Shown here: one piece after another, positions 12,727 to 25,277 of the stretch
How the letters are laid out: every line of letters starts with the position of its first letter
Position numbering within the stretch: position 1 is the stretch's first letter
Origin: Chiloscyllium plagiosum
Lineage: Eukaryota
Assembly: GCF_004010195.1 (NCBI RefSeq)
Contig: NC_057720.1
Coordinates: forward strand, 36,127,321 to 36,179,819
DNA length: 52,499 nt
Reading direction: 5' to 3'
Made by a program: the position numbers and the translations under genes
The notes under the pieces: generated by a model
Database searches by the model: none
What the model saw: the letters and a program-made list of their open reading frames with translations, nothing else
Told to the model about the DNA's origin: nothing

Positions 12727-13080
12727 CTAGAAATTAATCTCTCTGGGGTGAACTTTAGTATATGGCCGCACATGGATGGTCACAGTCACAAGTTGAGCAG
12801 ATGCAAAGTGCCACGATTTTGTGAGGAGAAGGAGGTCACTAATGTACATATTGCAGAGAGTCAGTGCAATGAGTGACTCATGTGGGACACTGTCATTGAT
12901 TGTGTTTGGACGGTTGGTTTGATTTCCAAGAAGCACATGCAACTTCCAGTTGTTTATCATGGACTTGATTCATTGTAGGGTTTTCACACAACAGATTTTG
13001 AATAGTTCCGGCAGCTACACTGTGTGCTGCTATAGGATAAGTCAATAAATTTGCTTTTTGAAGAGTCCCAGAGAGTACTT
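12727..13080 (-). mobile_element. Highly degraded non-CR1 LINE RT relic (Vingi/RTE-like)
   Basis: Minus ORF INDSVPHESLIALTLCNMYISDLL resembles the RT motif NNGVPQGSVLAPTLFNxYISDLP; an upstream FIDLS motif is present in another frame. Confidence 0.5.
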
Positions 13081-13793
13081 AACAATTTTCAAAACTCCAT
13101 GTACTTGTGCATATGTGTGTGCATCTGTAATTAAGATTGATAGCAGGCCTATTATCTCACCTACATGGATGGAGTTAGCAAGAACAGATTGTCACAAAAT
13201 TTAATGCATCCTAGCAAAGACCTACTGACAGCACATAATTATGACAAAATAAAACACTGATCTTATCCATTGTACTTTGCTTGACATACTAATGTCAATA
13301 GGATGAAAATAAGACTATTAGTATTTGTGGTGCATACAGAGAAGATACATTTAGGGAATAGAAGAGTTCCCTGTTTATTCTATTTATATGGAATAAATGA
13401 AAGCTGAACATCTTCCTCCTGAGTGAAATAAATTCTACTTTACTGCTCCCTGTTGTGTATTCTAATTTGCAACATTTTTTAACTGAAGTTGATAACATAA
13501 TTTTGGCTTTTACAGTTTTTTTCTACAGAGAATGGCAGTCGATTTTGTTTCTTTTCTAAGAGAGTAGTTTGACAAGAAAAACCAAAGCAACCGCGAAGGC
13601 AGAATTCAGTTAGTTATGTCATCAGTAGGTGCAATTTAGAACCTACTTTACAGCATTGCAACAGACTGAAATCACTCAATGTCTAATTTTCCTCCCTTTT
13701 CCCCTTGTCAGGGTATTCTCACTTAACTTAAGATTCCCTGATAAACAGAACTCAAATTATAATATAATTAGAAAGTCAAGAATATAAACTAAC

Positions 13794-13856
13794 ATCTGCT
13801 ACTCTCTCGTAGTTTGCATTCACGGTCCAAAACTCTGTTCCATTATGCCAGCTCTG
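13794..13856 (-). CDS. Candidate internal coding exon (63 nt, phase 0-0): QSWHNGTEFWTVNANYERVAD
   Basis: Acceptor tgtctgtttcag|CAG (NAGNAG), donor GAT|gttagt, only one open frame, non-repeat sequence. Confidence 0.4.
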
Positions 13857-14735
13857 CTGAAACAGACATAGCTATAATGTCCAAATGGGATTAAAATGAT
13901 ATACAGATTAAAAAATAACTGTCACTTGAGAATCAAAGGTTTATTGGTCAAAACTAGACCAGAAAAAAAAGAAAGTAATTCTTCTAAGTTCTGCAAAGAG
14001 GTAAGTTTCATGTCTTTATTACAGTAGATTCTTGCAACAAATTTTCTGAATGAACCACCATCAGTTTTGAACTGGTCTAGTTTTCAGCAGGCTACCAAAT
14101 AATTTTGAAATTCCTAACCAATCCTTTGAAGTTCTTGAAAGATTGCAGGCATTGAGGGCAAATCCTTTCTGTGGTATTTATTTCATGCCGTTATGACTGT
14201 GTTCTCCATGAAGATAAAGCTTCACTTAGGACTAGTGACGATGTAGTAATCAGACAACATAAAGAGTGAGATTTTCAGTAGTGCCTTTCTGTGTATTGAT
14301 GGAAGATTGAGGCCAAATGTGTTTGAATTTTGAGTCAGGCCCAACAAACCTTAGTGCCAAGTTTATAATAAATGTATCTGTTTTTGGATTCCAGAAAAGA
14401 TGACAGATTTAGTCAATACACTGTGTTGAGCATCTGCACTCTCAGATATCGTAGTACCCAATTGGTGCCACTTAATAACAACTGAGAACTGTAAGATATA
14501 TAACTGTGTGTCAAATGTTTGCCAAATTGAACCAAAGGGATTGTTCTTTGTTATTAAAAGAAATTCCACTTCTTAAAATCTATATTCTCTTCCTCATGTT
14601 AATTCCCTTTTCTCCCCAACAGGGACTAACTTCCAGCTGAGGGGTTTGGTACACGATCATGCTGAAAACTCTTGCTGGTGTCATTGTTCTTGAACTGCAG
14701 CAATCCACATCATGCAAATGCAGGGATAGAGACGT

Positions 14736-14785
14736 GTGTTCAAGTCAGATTTGTGCAGTGTTCAAGTCAGATTTGTGTAGTGTTC
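14736..14785 (+). repeat. 22-bp tandem duplication
   Basis: gtgttcaagtcagatttgtgca, gtgttcaagtcagatttgtgta, then gtgttc. Confidence 0.9.
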
Positions 14786-15654
14786 TTATACAACTGCTAC
14801 TCTTTTCTTTTTTAGTGGTTGAAGTCATGGATTTCACATGCACCATCAAAGAAACCATGGTGAATTGTTACCATGCATCCTCTTAATAGTATATACTTGA
14901 GCTTTGATGCACCAATCGCAAAGGGAGGTGTTAGGGCACTGTTCAAATTATCTACTCTTTTTCCTAAATGAGTTCCAACTTTTGGATGTTGTTGCAACTA
15001 TATCCACCCAAGCAATTTCACAGTTTTTTTCATACAAGTGGCAGAGAGGCTTTGACGAATCAGGAGTCACTGATTACATAGTCTCTTAACTCTTCTGATA
15101 ACTAGGGCATTTATGTTCAATTGTGACTCCAAGGATATTGATGGTAGGGAACCCTGGGATGGTGATGGTGATAATTAAGCTCCCTTGTTTGAGATACTCG
15201 TGGCATGACACTTGTGAGTCAGAAATGGATTTTGTCCAAGGCATGGATATTTAATTGTCTTATTATCTGAGGAATTATGAATAAGCTTAATTCCACACTT
15301 AGCAGAGAGCAGCATCACTTCTAATTTTGTAATAATTGAAAAGTCATTATTAAAGCAGTTGAAAGTAGATGGACCTAGTATGATGTCCTGGGGAATGGTT
15401 GCACCAGTTTTCTAGAGCTGAGATTCTTTCATGTTTGACTAACCCACAGTCACTGGAAAAGTTTCACTGACCCCTTACTGATTACATTTTTATTAGTATT
15501 TCTTGATGCCACCTTGGTCAAATTTTGCCTTGATATCATGGTGGCCAATCTCATCACACCTCTAGAATTCAATTCTGCTGTCCACGTTTGGGATAAGACT
15601 GCCATGAGATTGGAGTAGAGTGATTGGAATGCAAACTGAACATCTGTCAAAAGA

Positions 15655-16293
15655 TGTTCCAAAAGACCACTCCCTCGTCAGGTCCACACCCCACACCAGT
15701 CCAACCTCTACTCCCGGCACCTTCCCCTGCAACCACGAGAAATGCAAAACTTGTGCCCATACCTCCCCCCTCACTTCCCTCCAAGGCCCCAAGGGATCCT
15801 TCCATATCCGTCACAAATTCACCTGCACCTCCACACACATCATTTATTGCATCCGCTGCACCCGATGTGGCCTCCTCTACATTGGGGAGACAGGCCACCT
15901 ACTTGCGGAACGTTTCAGAGAACACCTCTGGGACACCCAGACCAACCAACCCAACACCCCGTGGCTTAACACTTCAACTCCCCCTCCCACTCCACCAAAG
16001 ACATGCAGGTCCTTGGACTCCTCCATCGCCAGACCATAGCAACATGACGGTTGGAGGAAGAGCGCCTTATCTTCCGCCTAGGGACCCTCCAACCACAAGG
16101 GATGAACTCAGATTTCTCCAGCCCTACCTTTTATCTTAGCCTGCTGGACACACTTTCCTCATTCCTGAAGAAGGGCTCATGCCCGAAACGTCGATTCTCC
16201 TGCTCCTTGGATGCTGCCTGACCTGCTGCGCTTTTCCAGCAACACATTTTCAGCTCTGATCTCCAGCATTTGCAGTCCTCACTTTCTCCTCCT
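15655..16293 (+). mobile_element. 5'-truncated Penelope-like element: Cys-rich linker, GIY-YIG endonuclease and 3' tail (pseudogenised)
   Basis: ORF reads PGTFPCNHEKCKTC..FTCTSTHIIYCIRCTRCGLLYIGETGHLLAERFREH. After a frameshift it continues PVA*HFNSPSH..LIFRLGTLQPQGMNSDF. Confidence 0.92.
16165..16192 (+). ncRNA. Minimal hammerhead-ribozyme-like core in the PLE tail
   Basis: CTGAAGA-A-GGGC-TCAT-GCCC-GAA-ACGT-C; stem I pairing is weak in this copy. Confidence 0.55.
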
Positions 16294-17299
16294 AGGTCAA
16301 CAATTAGCCAGGTTTCATTCATATCCTATATTTTGTAGCTAGGGCATACCTGGGCAAATTTCCATGTTGGATACCATCATTTGTGCATATACATCAACCC
16401 ATCATATAAAGGAACCCTATTTTTCTCCAGCCTCCAAAATCAGGTTTTTTTCCATTTACTCATTATATTGATTCTCACCACTGTGTCAATCACAGCATGT
16501 TATACTCACTTAGGAGTCAGCCTCAATTTTTCATCTAACAAATGTATGTTTTACAAACGAGTACCTTGTAACTAGATGCAAGGGATGAGTAGACAAAATG
16601 AGCTGTGTGTGGATGATTGCAGGAGTTAAAATAGAGCCAGTCTTTGCATCGGATAACAGTGACATTTCAAAATAGTGACCACACGTGCCCATTCACTTTT
16701 ATACATGGTGTAAAAGCCAGCCCAGATTGTGAACAGATTCTTCAAAGCTTCAAGTTTACATGCTGACATCCAGGGTGGATGACCGTGTTGTACGTCTTTA
16801 AGAACATAACTGATCTTTTGGAACTCGGAAGAAAATTAGAATATTTTTGAAGGGTGGTGCCAGTGAATAGGATAAAAGGTAAAGGGTGGAGAGTATCTTG
16901 TGGAATATTGTGCCTTAAATGAACTTGTATGAACTTTTGGTATATCATCACATACTTTATATTCCAAATATTGAAAACTCATTTTTGACTGATAAATTAA
17001 ATAGTTGCATGTCAATTCATTATTAATACTACTGTTTAATTATTGTGTTGGAAGATGTTCAAGTATCCTACATTACTCACCTTTTATGTATTAAAGGATT
17101 TAAACTATTTGTTGCATGGAAACTTAGAAAAACTTATAGGAAGATTCTTTCCTCTCACCGTGTAAACTTTCCCTCTCTGCCACAGGCAAACTGTTTAATT
17201 CCACACCCAATGCAATCCTTTAATAACCAAGTAGAGATGCTGAATACTTTGGGGAAAATAGTCTGTTCTAGCTGGTGGTGAGCTTGGAGATGGGAAGAA

Positions 17300-17980
17300 T
17301 ACTTAATTCGGCCAGATGATGTTGTACCTGGACCACACTAACTTTCTGGCTCCATCAGAGCTGAGTTCTGCGAAGCTGGATAGGAAGATCTATGGTCAAC
17401 CTTCCCACCCTGCCACCAAATGAGACCTTAAGTGGCCAATTAAGGAGCACTAAGAACCTCATCACTCTGCAGCTGGAATCAAGCCAGCCTTTTGCCATGT
17501 GATGTGCATAACAGATCAAAGTATGTAGCCTTGTTTATCACTCGGGATGGTGGGGGAAGTTCTTCAATCAAAATTAATCACTGGCTGATTGAGGAACTGA
17601 ACATTGGGAACGGGGTGCCCAATGAAAATCGTCTCCTTATAACCCCTCCGCCCCCGCAAATGTCCACCACACGAACCTCTCCACTTCCCACATTACTTAC
17701 TTGTGGCCTGGATCCTCTGTGAGTGCTGGGTCGATGGTGGTCAGAGGAAGGTGTTTTTCCAGTAGCAGAGGTTGCCAACCTCTGTCGGTTCTTTGTAGGC
17801 AAGGCATTCATCCCTCGGGTAGACCCAATAGACATCTTACTGCTTACCTGATTGGTGTGTGGTTTGGCAGTCCTTCCCACAAAGAGGCAAGCACGGATCT
17901 CCTGTTGGCTGTTTAGCCGACAGGTGAGATCACGATAGCAGGATCACGTTCTGCCTGTGCTATGTGGAACAAATCCAACC
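17300..17980. repeat. GC-richer interspersed repeat, possibly a non-autonomous DNA transposon
   Basis: Composition shift from the flanks, an internal quasi-palindrome cttaagtggccaattaaggagcactaag, and no coherent ORF. Confidence 0.35.
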
Positions 17981-19877
17981 ACTTCAAATATTATTCTAGA
18001 TGCAAATAGAATACTATTCATATTATGAAAGCATATAGTTTAAACATGTTAACTGGAAATAGGCAACCTAACTTCCCTGAAGCTATGCTTAGATAATTGT
18101 TTTGTGATGGTGATCCAGCTATTGCTAAACAATCAGTAGATTTAAGTTTTACATTTTTACTGGATTAGTCTTGATTCTTGAACTACTGTTCTCAGATGTA
18201 GAAGTAGATTATGTATATTTTGAGCATTACTGGTCATCACCCTAATGAGTACCAAATGAAGAGATTCACTCTGTTGTCAGTATATCGGATGGATAGTCCT
18301 GCGAATGTTGCTAATGAGAACCGCAAAATCATATTAATGGTGAAGAAATCAGTCAGTAGGAAAGGTTAAAATGAAAACCGATTTCTGATAACTAATAGTG
18401 CTTTCAAGAAATTGAAATTAATCTCCAGCCTTCTAATCCAAAATCACTAGTATTTAATTTATTTCACTATTTCAAATCTCTTGGTGTAGATATTCCTAGG
18501 CATTGTGGTTGTTAAAGTTCATGTTGGTTGTCATTCAATTCTTCTACACAGCTTGTTTTTTCATTTTTTTCAGTTTGGTTAAATCCCTTCATTTTTAAAA
18601 ATCTTTTCTGTATTTTGCTTCCTGGTTTGTAATTTAATATTTCTCTTTTTGGTGAATATTGAAAACCACTTTTCCCCTCCAGCACAGTATTTTCTTTACT
18701 TTTGTCAATATCCATGCACCATGCACCACACACCACCTACCGATGGGTGGGAAGATGCACCAGCTTGTTTCCCTTGCTATCAAGTAACAGTGAGCTTTTA
18801 CTCAGCCTATCTGCAATTAATTGTGGGCCTTAACCCTCATTCAACAGTCATTGTGGCATTTTTTATTTGTATGTCATTAAATCATAGAGTCATACAGCAT
18901 AGAAATAGACCCTTTGGCTTAACTAATCCATGCCAAACAAACTAAACTAGACCCACTTGCCTGTGTTTGCCCCCTATCCCTCCAAAACCTCCTTATTAAT
19001 GTACTTGTCCAAATGTCTTTAAAATGTTGTATCTGTATCCATTGCTTCCTGGGCAGTTCATTCCACACACGAACCACTCTCTATGTAAAAGGAAGTTGCC
19101 TCTCATTTCCTTTATAAAACTTTCTCCTCTCACCTTAAAATATACGCCCTAGTTTTGAACTCTCCCACCCTAAGGAAAAGACCCTTGCCATTCACCTTAT
19201 CTATGCCCTTTATGATTTAATAAAACTCAATAAGGTCATCCCTCAGTCTCCTATGCTGCAGTGAAAAATGTCTCTGTATAGTAAGCCTATTTTTATAACT
19301 CAGACCTTTCATTCCCAACAACATCCTAGTAAATCCTTTCTGAACCCTTTTCAATTTAATTACATACTTCCTATAGCAGGGCAACGAGAACTTCACATAA
19401 TACTCCAGAACAGGCGTCACCAATGTCCTATACAACCTCAACTTGACTTCTCAAATCCCACACTCAAAGGTCTAAGCAATGACGATAAGTATGCTGAATG
19501 CCATCTTAGCCACCCTGTCTAACTGTGATGCAAATTTCAAAGAATTATGTACCTGAACCCTGAGGTCTCACTGTTCTACTACACTACCAAGGGTCATACC
19601 ATTAATTGTATAAGCCTTGCCCTTGTTTGTTTTACCAAAATGCAATACTTTGCATTTATCCAAATTAAACTCAATCTGCCACTCTTCATCATTGAGCCAA
19701 TTGATCGAGGTATCTTTGTCATCTTAGATAACCTTCTTCACTGTCCACTATACCACCAATTTTGGTGTCATCCGCAAACTTAATAACCATGCCTCCTACA
19801 TTCTCATCCAAATTGTTTATATAAATGACAAAGAAAGTGGACCGAGTAATGATCCTTGTGGAACACTGTTGATCACA

Positions 19878-20402
19878 ATTTGGAGATGCTGTTGTTGGAC
19901 TGGGGTGTACAAAGTTAAAAATCACACAACACTAGGTTTAATTGGAAGCAGTAGCTTTCGGAGCGCCGCTCCTTCAGGTGGTTGTGGAGGACACAATTGT
20001 AAGACACAGAATTTATAGCAAAAGTTTACAGTGTGATGTAACTGAAATTATGCATTGAAAAATACCTTGATTGTTTGTTGAGTCTTTCATCTGTTAGAAT
20101 ACCGTAATAGTTTCACTTCTCTTACAGTTAACCTGAGAATGTAACTTTTAAAAAAAAGTTTTGTGATTTACATATGAAAGAAGTGAAACTATCACGGTAT
20201 TCTAACAGATGAGAGACTCAACAAACAATCAAGGCATTTTTCAATGCATAATTTCAGTTACATCACACTGTAAACTTTTGCTATAAATTCTGTGTCTTAC
20301 AATTGTGTCCTCCACAACCACCTGATGAAGGAGCGGCGCTCCGAAAGCTACTGCTTCCAATTAAACCTGTTGGACTATAACCTGGTGTTGTGTGATTTTT
20401 AA
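19878..20402. mobile_element. PLE-derived ~520 bp fold-back element
   Basis: Near-perfect inverted arms ~19915-20120 and ~20179-20402. TSD-like tgttgatcaca (19867-19877) and tgctgattaca (20403-20413). Same family as 44141-44303. Confidence 0.85.
20319..20353 (+). ncRNA. Minimal hammerhead-ribozyme-like motif
   Basis: cac-CTGATGA-A-GGAGC-GGC-GCTCC-GAA-AGCT-A-ctg. The sister copy at 44183 has gtg here, which would close stem I with cac. Confidence 0.6.
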
Positions 20403-21736
20403 TGCTGATTACACGACTCCAATCCGGAAAAACAACCCTCCACTACTGCCCTCTGTTTCCTACTGTCAATCCAATTTTATATCCAATTGGCAAGCTTACC
20501 CTGAATCTCATATGATTTAACTTTACTGCTCTTAATTAGTCTACCATGCAGAGCCCCGTCAAAGGCTTTGCCAAAATCCATGTAAGCAACGACTACCACT
20601 CTGCCCTTATCTTTTTGTTTAGTTCTTCAAAAAACGCAATCAAATTTATGAGATACAATTTCCCTCGCACAAAACCATATTAATTAACCTTAATCAGTCC
20701 TGGCCTCTCCAAATGCATGTAAATCCAATCTTTCAGAATCACCGCCAACAAGTTAACCACCATCAATGTCAGGCTCACAGGTCTATACTTCCCAGGGTAC
20801 ATCCTATAGCCTTTCTTAAATAAAGGCACAACCGTAGCCACCCACCAGTCCTCTGTCACCTCATCCGTGGTTATACACATATTTCTGCTAGGGGCATCGT
20901 AATTTCTTCCCTTTTCTTGTCTTTTACTCTCCTTTTGAAGTGAGCTGAGCTTCATTTAATTTAGTACTATTCATCGTGCTTGGCTTCTACATTACCTCAA
21001 TTTCTCCTTGCTTGTTGCATTGTGCAAAAGAAATGCAAACAAGAAAATGAAGTAAATATTTTATATTTTTGCACTGTTACAAAACAAATGCTTTAAAATT
21101 TAGGCTAGTGCAATAATGTTTATTGTGTTATTTAGTTTGCAGTTAATACATTTATTCAATTTAAAATACTGAAGGCCATAAACTACCCAGAATTGAAAAA
21201 GACGAAGAATGGCTTGACAGGACCATGAAGAAACTGCAGTATTGACTTGTTCATGAAAAATATTGCTTGCTTCTGAACGCCATTGTACTTTTAATTGAAA
21301 CAGTTAAGCTAGTCAGACAGTGTGAATACTTCAATGAAGAATAAAGAGCAATAATCGGGTTTGTGGCAGCACAGTAAGAGAGATTGAATATAAACCACTT
21401 TCATCCAAAAATAAATGACCAAGTTCTTCATGTTTGTTCACCATAACAGAGCTAAGTAAGGAAAATTATTTACTAAACAAATATTTCCAAAAACTGACAG
21501 CATGTTATCAGCATTGAAAATATAAAATGCTTGGCCATTAAGTGCAATAGCTCTTTATATTTACTGCTACACTGAAGCAGTTCCCTTTCATTGAAAAATT
21601 ATATTTTTGTTAACACTTCATGTGAACATAGGTACCAAATATAAGTGCAGTACCTTATAAGCCATGTGCTGTTTCAATACTGGTAATGTCATTGAATATC
21701 ATTGAGAGGCAGTAGACTCTCTTGTTGCCAATGGTA

Positions 21737-22635
21737 TGATGTAATATGTGTGTTTTATGTATAATTTAAGATAATTTATTTTGCATTTTTATATTTTGAA
21801 CAAGAAGCATCTGTGCCTATCAACAGATTTAGTAACTAACTTGTAAGCTTTTCTGAAGCCATGGTGATCTCTTTAAAAGAAAAATGGGAGGTATAGTTCT
21901 CAGAGACTAATGAGAGCTAGTTTACATTGGGAATCTTCTTACAACCGAAGAAAGTACACATTTGTGCATTAGACATTTGGCAGAAGGATCCAGAGATTGT
22001 CTTTTTTTGGCTGAGAGGAAATACCCATTCCTTGAAGAAATCAGTTTTGATCTCAGTTTTGCAGAAATCTTAAGTGAAACTAGATGTGTAAAACAGTTGC
22101 TCCAAAGAAGGGTGATAATTTAGAACTGCTGATAAGTATATTACCTTAGTATAGGTTTAGTTTGAAAGGTCCAGAGCAGAAGTGTTTGGTTAAAGCAATG
22201 AAGGAGTTATTCGAAGCTGAGAATGTCTAAAACTCAGATGTACGATGATTCAAGGAAGAGGCTATTGATTATCAGGACCAGGAAATAAAATATCTGCTAA
22301 GTTAAATCTAGTAGAGGTAATAGAGAAGGGAATTTTTGCTAGTGCTTGTATTGTAAAGGAGTACTGTTGGGATTAATGGAATTTATTTTTACCACATGTT
22401 TTGAAGTCTATAAACACAAGTTACATGTAAATAGTTTATTCTATTTTATTCTTAATTTTGTCTGTGTATGAAGCTTCCATTTATTATTAAAATCAGATCT
22501 GCAGCATAGTCCATTAGTGATTTAATAAAAGACCACTTTGACAAAACCAGAATAAAAGCAAAATATGATCTATGAAGCCAGATTTCAGTCTGGGATCTGA
22601 CTTGCCCAGTAATAACATCAGATGGGACCATAACA
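21737..22635 (+). mobile_element. Probable solo LTR (~900 bp) inserted in an old LINE
   Basis: Begins TG and ends ..ataaCA, with AATAAA motifs near the 3' end. The flanks (..cttgttgccaatggta | gtaattgttaccagaaacttgtg) join into the LINE family seen at 48600-48650. TSD unclear. Confidence 0.45.
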
Positions 22636-24790
22636 GTAATTGTTACCAGAAACTTGTGTAAATATTATTTACCACTATCAGCCAAACCTGAACGTTATGC
22701 AGCTCTTGCTGTGAATGGGACAGCTACCTTATGGTTTGAAGGATCGTAAGTGCAATTATTAGCATGCATCCTCTCTTCTGACCATATGCTAGTGAGAAAA
22801 TCATTGATGAAGAAGCTGAGGAAAATTGAATCATGTCATGATAAACTTATGCACCAATGTCCTAGCACTGGCTTGATTGACTGAGAATAACTGCAACCAT
22901 CTTTCTTTGTGCTTGACTCCAATCTACAGAAAGCTTTCCTTCTATTGATTCCCACTGACTGTAGGTTCATTCCAGCTCTACACACAGTAAATTTTGCATT
23001 GATGTTAAGGATAATCACTCACACCTCACCCTATAGACCAGTGAGCCTGATGTCGGTGGTGGACAAGTTGTTGGAGGGAATCTTGAGGGACAGGATGTAC
23101 ATGTATTTGGAAATGCAGGGTCTGATTAGGGATAGTCAACATGGCTTTGTGTGTGGGAAGTCATGTCTCACAAACTTGATTGAGGTTTTTGAAATAATAA
23201 CAAAGAGGATTGATGAGGGCAGTGCAGTAGATGGGATCTATATGGATTTCAGTAAGGCATTCGACAATGTTCCCCATGGGAGATTCATTAGCAAGGTTAA
23301 ATTTCACAGAATACAGGGAGAACTAGCCATTTGGATACAGAACTGGCTCAAAGGTAGAAGACACAGGGTGGTGGTGGAGGGTTGTTTTTCAGACTGGACT
23401 GTGACCAGTGGCGTGCCACAAGGATCGGTGCTGAGTCCTCTACTTTTTGTCATTTACATAAATGATTTGGATGCGAGCATAAGAGGTATAGTTAGTAAGT
23501 TTGCAGATAATACCAAAATTGGACAGTGAAGAGGGTTACCTCAGATTACAACAGGATCTTGACCAGATGGGCGAATGGGCTGAGAAGTGGCAGATGGAGT
23601 TTAATTCAGATAAATGCAAGGTGCTGCATTTTGGGAAAGCAAATCTTAGCAGGACTTATAACTTAATGGTAAGGTCCTAGGGAGTGTTGCTGAACAAAGA
23701 GACCTTGGAGTGCAGGTTCATAGCTTCTTGAAAGTGGAGTCACAGGTAGATAGGATAGTGAAGAAGGTAGTTGGTATGCTTTCCTTTATTGGTCAGAGTA
23801 TTGAGTACAGGAGTTGGGAGGTCATGTTGCGGCTGTACAGGACATTGGTTAGGCCACAGTTGGAATATTGCATGCAATTCTGGTCTCCTTCCTATCGGAA
23901 AGATGTTGTGAAACTTGAGAGGGTTCAGAAAAGATTTAAATGGATGTTGCCAGGGTTGGAGGATGTGAGCTATTGGGAGAGGCTGAGCAGGCTGGGACTG
24001 TTTTCCCTGGAGTGTTGGAGGTTGAGGGGTGACCTTATAGAGGTTTACAAAATTATGAGGGGCATGGATAGGGTAAATAGACAAAGTCTTTTCCCTGGGG
24101 TCGAGGAGTCCAGAACTAGAAGTTATAGGCTTAGGGTGAGAGGGGAAAGATATAAAAGAGACCTAAGGGGCAACTTTTTCACGCAGAGGGTAGTACGTGT
24201 ATGGAATGAGCTACCAGAGGAAGTGGTGGAAGCTGTTACAATTGCAACATTTAAGAGGCATTTGTTTGGGTATATGAATAGGAAGGGTTTGGAAGGATAT
24301 GGGTCGGGTGCTGGCAGGTGGGACTAGATTGGGTTGGAATATCTTGTCGGCATGGACAGGTTGGACCGAAGGGTCTGTTTCCACGCTGTACATCTGTATG
24401 ACTCTGTGACTATGACTCTGAAAATAATCTCCTTTCTCTGGAGCAAATGTCTGGACCAATGTTATAATTACTTCTGGAGCTGTGCACTCCTGGCAGAACC
24501 CAAACTGAACATTAGTCAGTATGTTATTAGTGAATAAACTCTCCTTCATAGCACTGTCAGTACACCCTTCCAACATTTTGCTGATGATTGAGAGTAGACT
24601 GATGAGATGGTAATTTGGAGAATTGTATTTGTGTTTTTTTATATAGGAGACATTCATGCAATTTGCTAAATTTTTGGATTAGTAGCATTGTTGTAGCTGT
24701 TCTGGAAATGTTTAACTGGTGACATGGCTAACTTTAGAATAAGGCTTCGGTACTATAACCTTCTCGTGACTACTGCATCCAGGTGTATTT
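22636..24790 (-). mobile_element. Old CR1/L2-group LINE (family of 47899-49310), split by a younger CR1
   Basis: 22636-23030 and 24430-24790 parallel consecutive parts of 48620-49300; minus ORF NYHLISLLSIISKMLEG. Confidence 0.7.
23030..24420 (+). mobile_element. Young CR1/HER1-type LINE, 5'-truncated RT with intact 3' tail
   Basis: YRPVSLMSVVDKLLEGIL..YMDFSKAFD..SGVPQGSVLSPLLFVIYINDLD..KFADNTKIG plus the 205-aa C-terminal ORF; a few frameshifts; tail of tgactct-type repeats. Confidence 0.95.
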
Positions 24791-25277
24791 GTGAGGACCA
24801 TGGGAAAAACAGTGATTGAATATAATTCAAATCCAATCATTTTCCCCTACCCCTCTCATTTACACTCACAGCCAATTCTCATTTTGGGTGGGATTTTCAT
24901 GTTTGAGATAAGAAACAGGAATTAGGAGATTTGTCCAAGTCATGATCCTTTCTCCTATCTGACATTTCATCCAGCAGAGGCAGTATGTTCCAAGACAGGC
25001 TTCTGCCAAGGCTGCTTGATGCTGAGACAGCCAGATTAAAAGGCCCACCTTGGTTCACAGACATCAGTCCAGTTTAAAACTCAGTGTCAGATTCCCCCTA
25101 CCCATTCACCCTCACTCCACTATCTATCCCCTCACACTCTTACCCCTTATACCTAATCCACACTCATCCTCTTTTATCCCCATACCTCCATGCTGTTTCA
25201 GTGTCCAATTCACGATATTCACTATAAACAAAGCATGTAAGCCCTACAATAACAGTTGTAAGTGTTTTAAAATCTCG

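Larger units (their letters stand above)
14790..16380 (-). mobile_element. Old CR1/L2-group LINE (family of 47899-49310), interrupted by a PLE
   Basis: Minus ORF 15450-15662 (QTWTAELNSRGVMR) parallels 48845-49087 (QTWTKELNSRREVS). Similarity resumes at 16295-16380 (gggcatacctgggcaaatttcca). Confidence 0.65.
18882..20910 (-). mobile_element. CR1/HER1-type LINE, 5'-truncated, split by a fold-back insertion
   Basis: Tail at 18882. Minus ORFs give MRLYRTLVTPVLEY, FVIYINNLDENVGGMVIKFADDTKIGG and VVPLFKKG..PGKYRPVSLT. Confidence 0.9.

Noticed and set aside
14736..14785. CRISPR-like repeat
   Set aside because: A simple tandem duplication without spacers, in vertebrate DNA.
17081..17122. Consensus minus-strand donor AAG|gtgagt with a 42-nt upstream segment
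   Set aside because: The acceptor is a weak aag, and its phase does not fit neighbouring candidates.
21175..21245. Plus-strand HKLPRIEKDEEWLDRTMKKLQY* as a terminal exon
   Set aside because: Weak acceptor and no linked plus-strand exons; likely chance.
23740..24084. Many 60-150 aa ORFs such as 23740-24084, 30068-30445, 39749-40099, 46029-46229 and 51335-52000
   Set aside because: They are antisense or off-frame shadows of CR1 ORF2, not genes.
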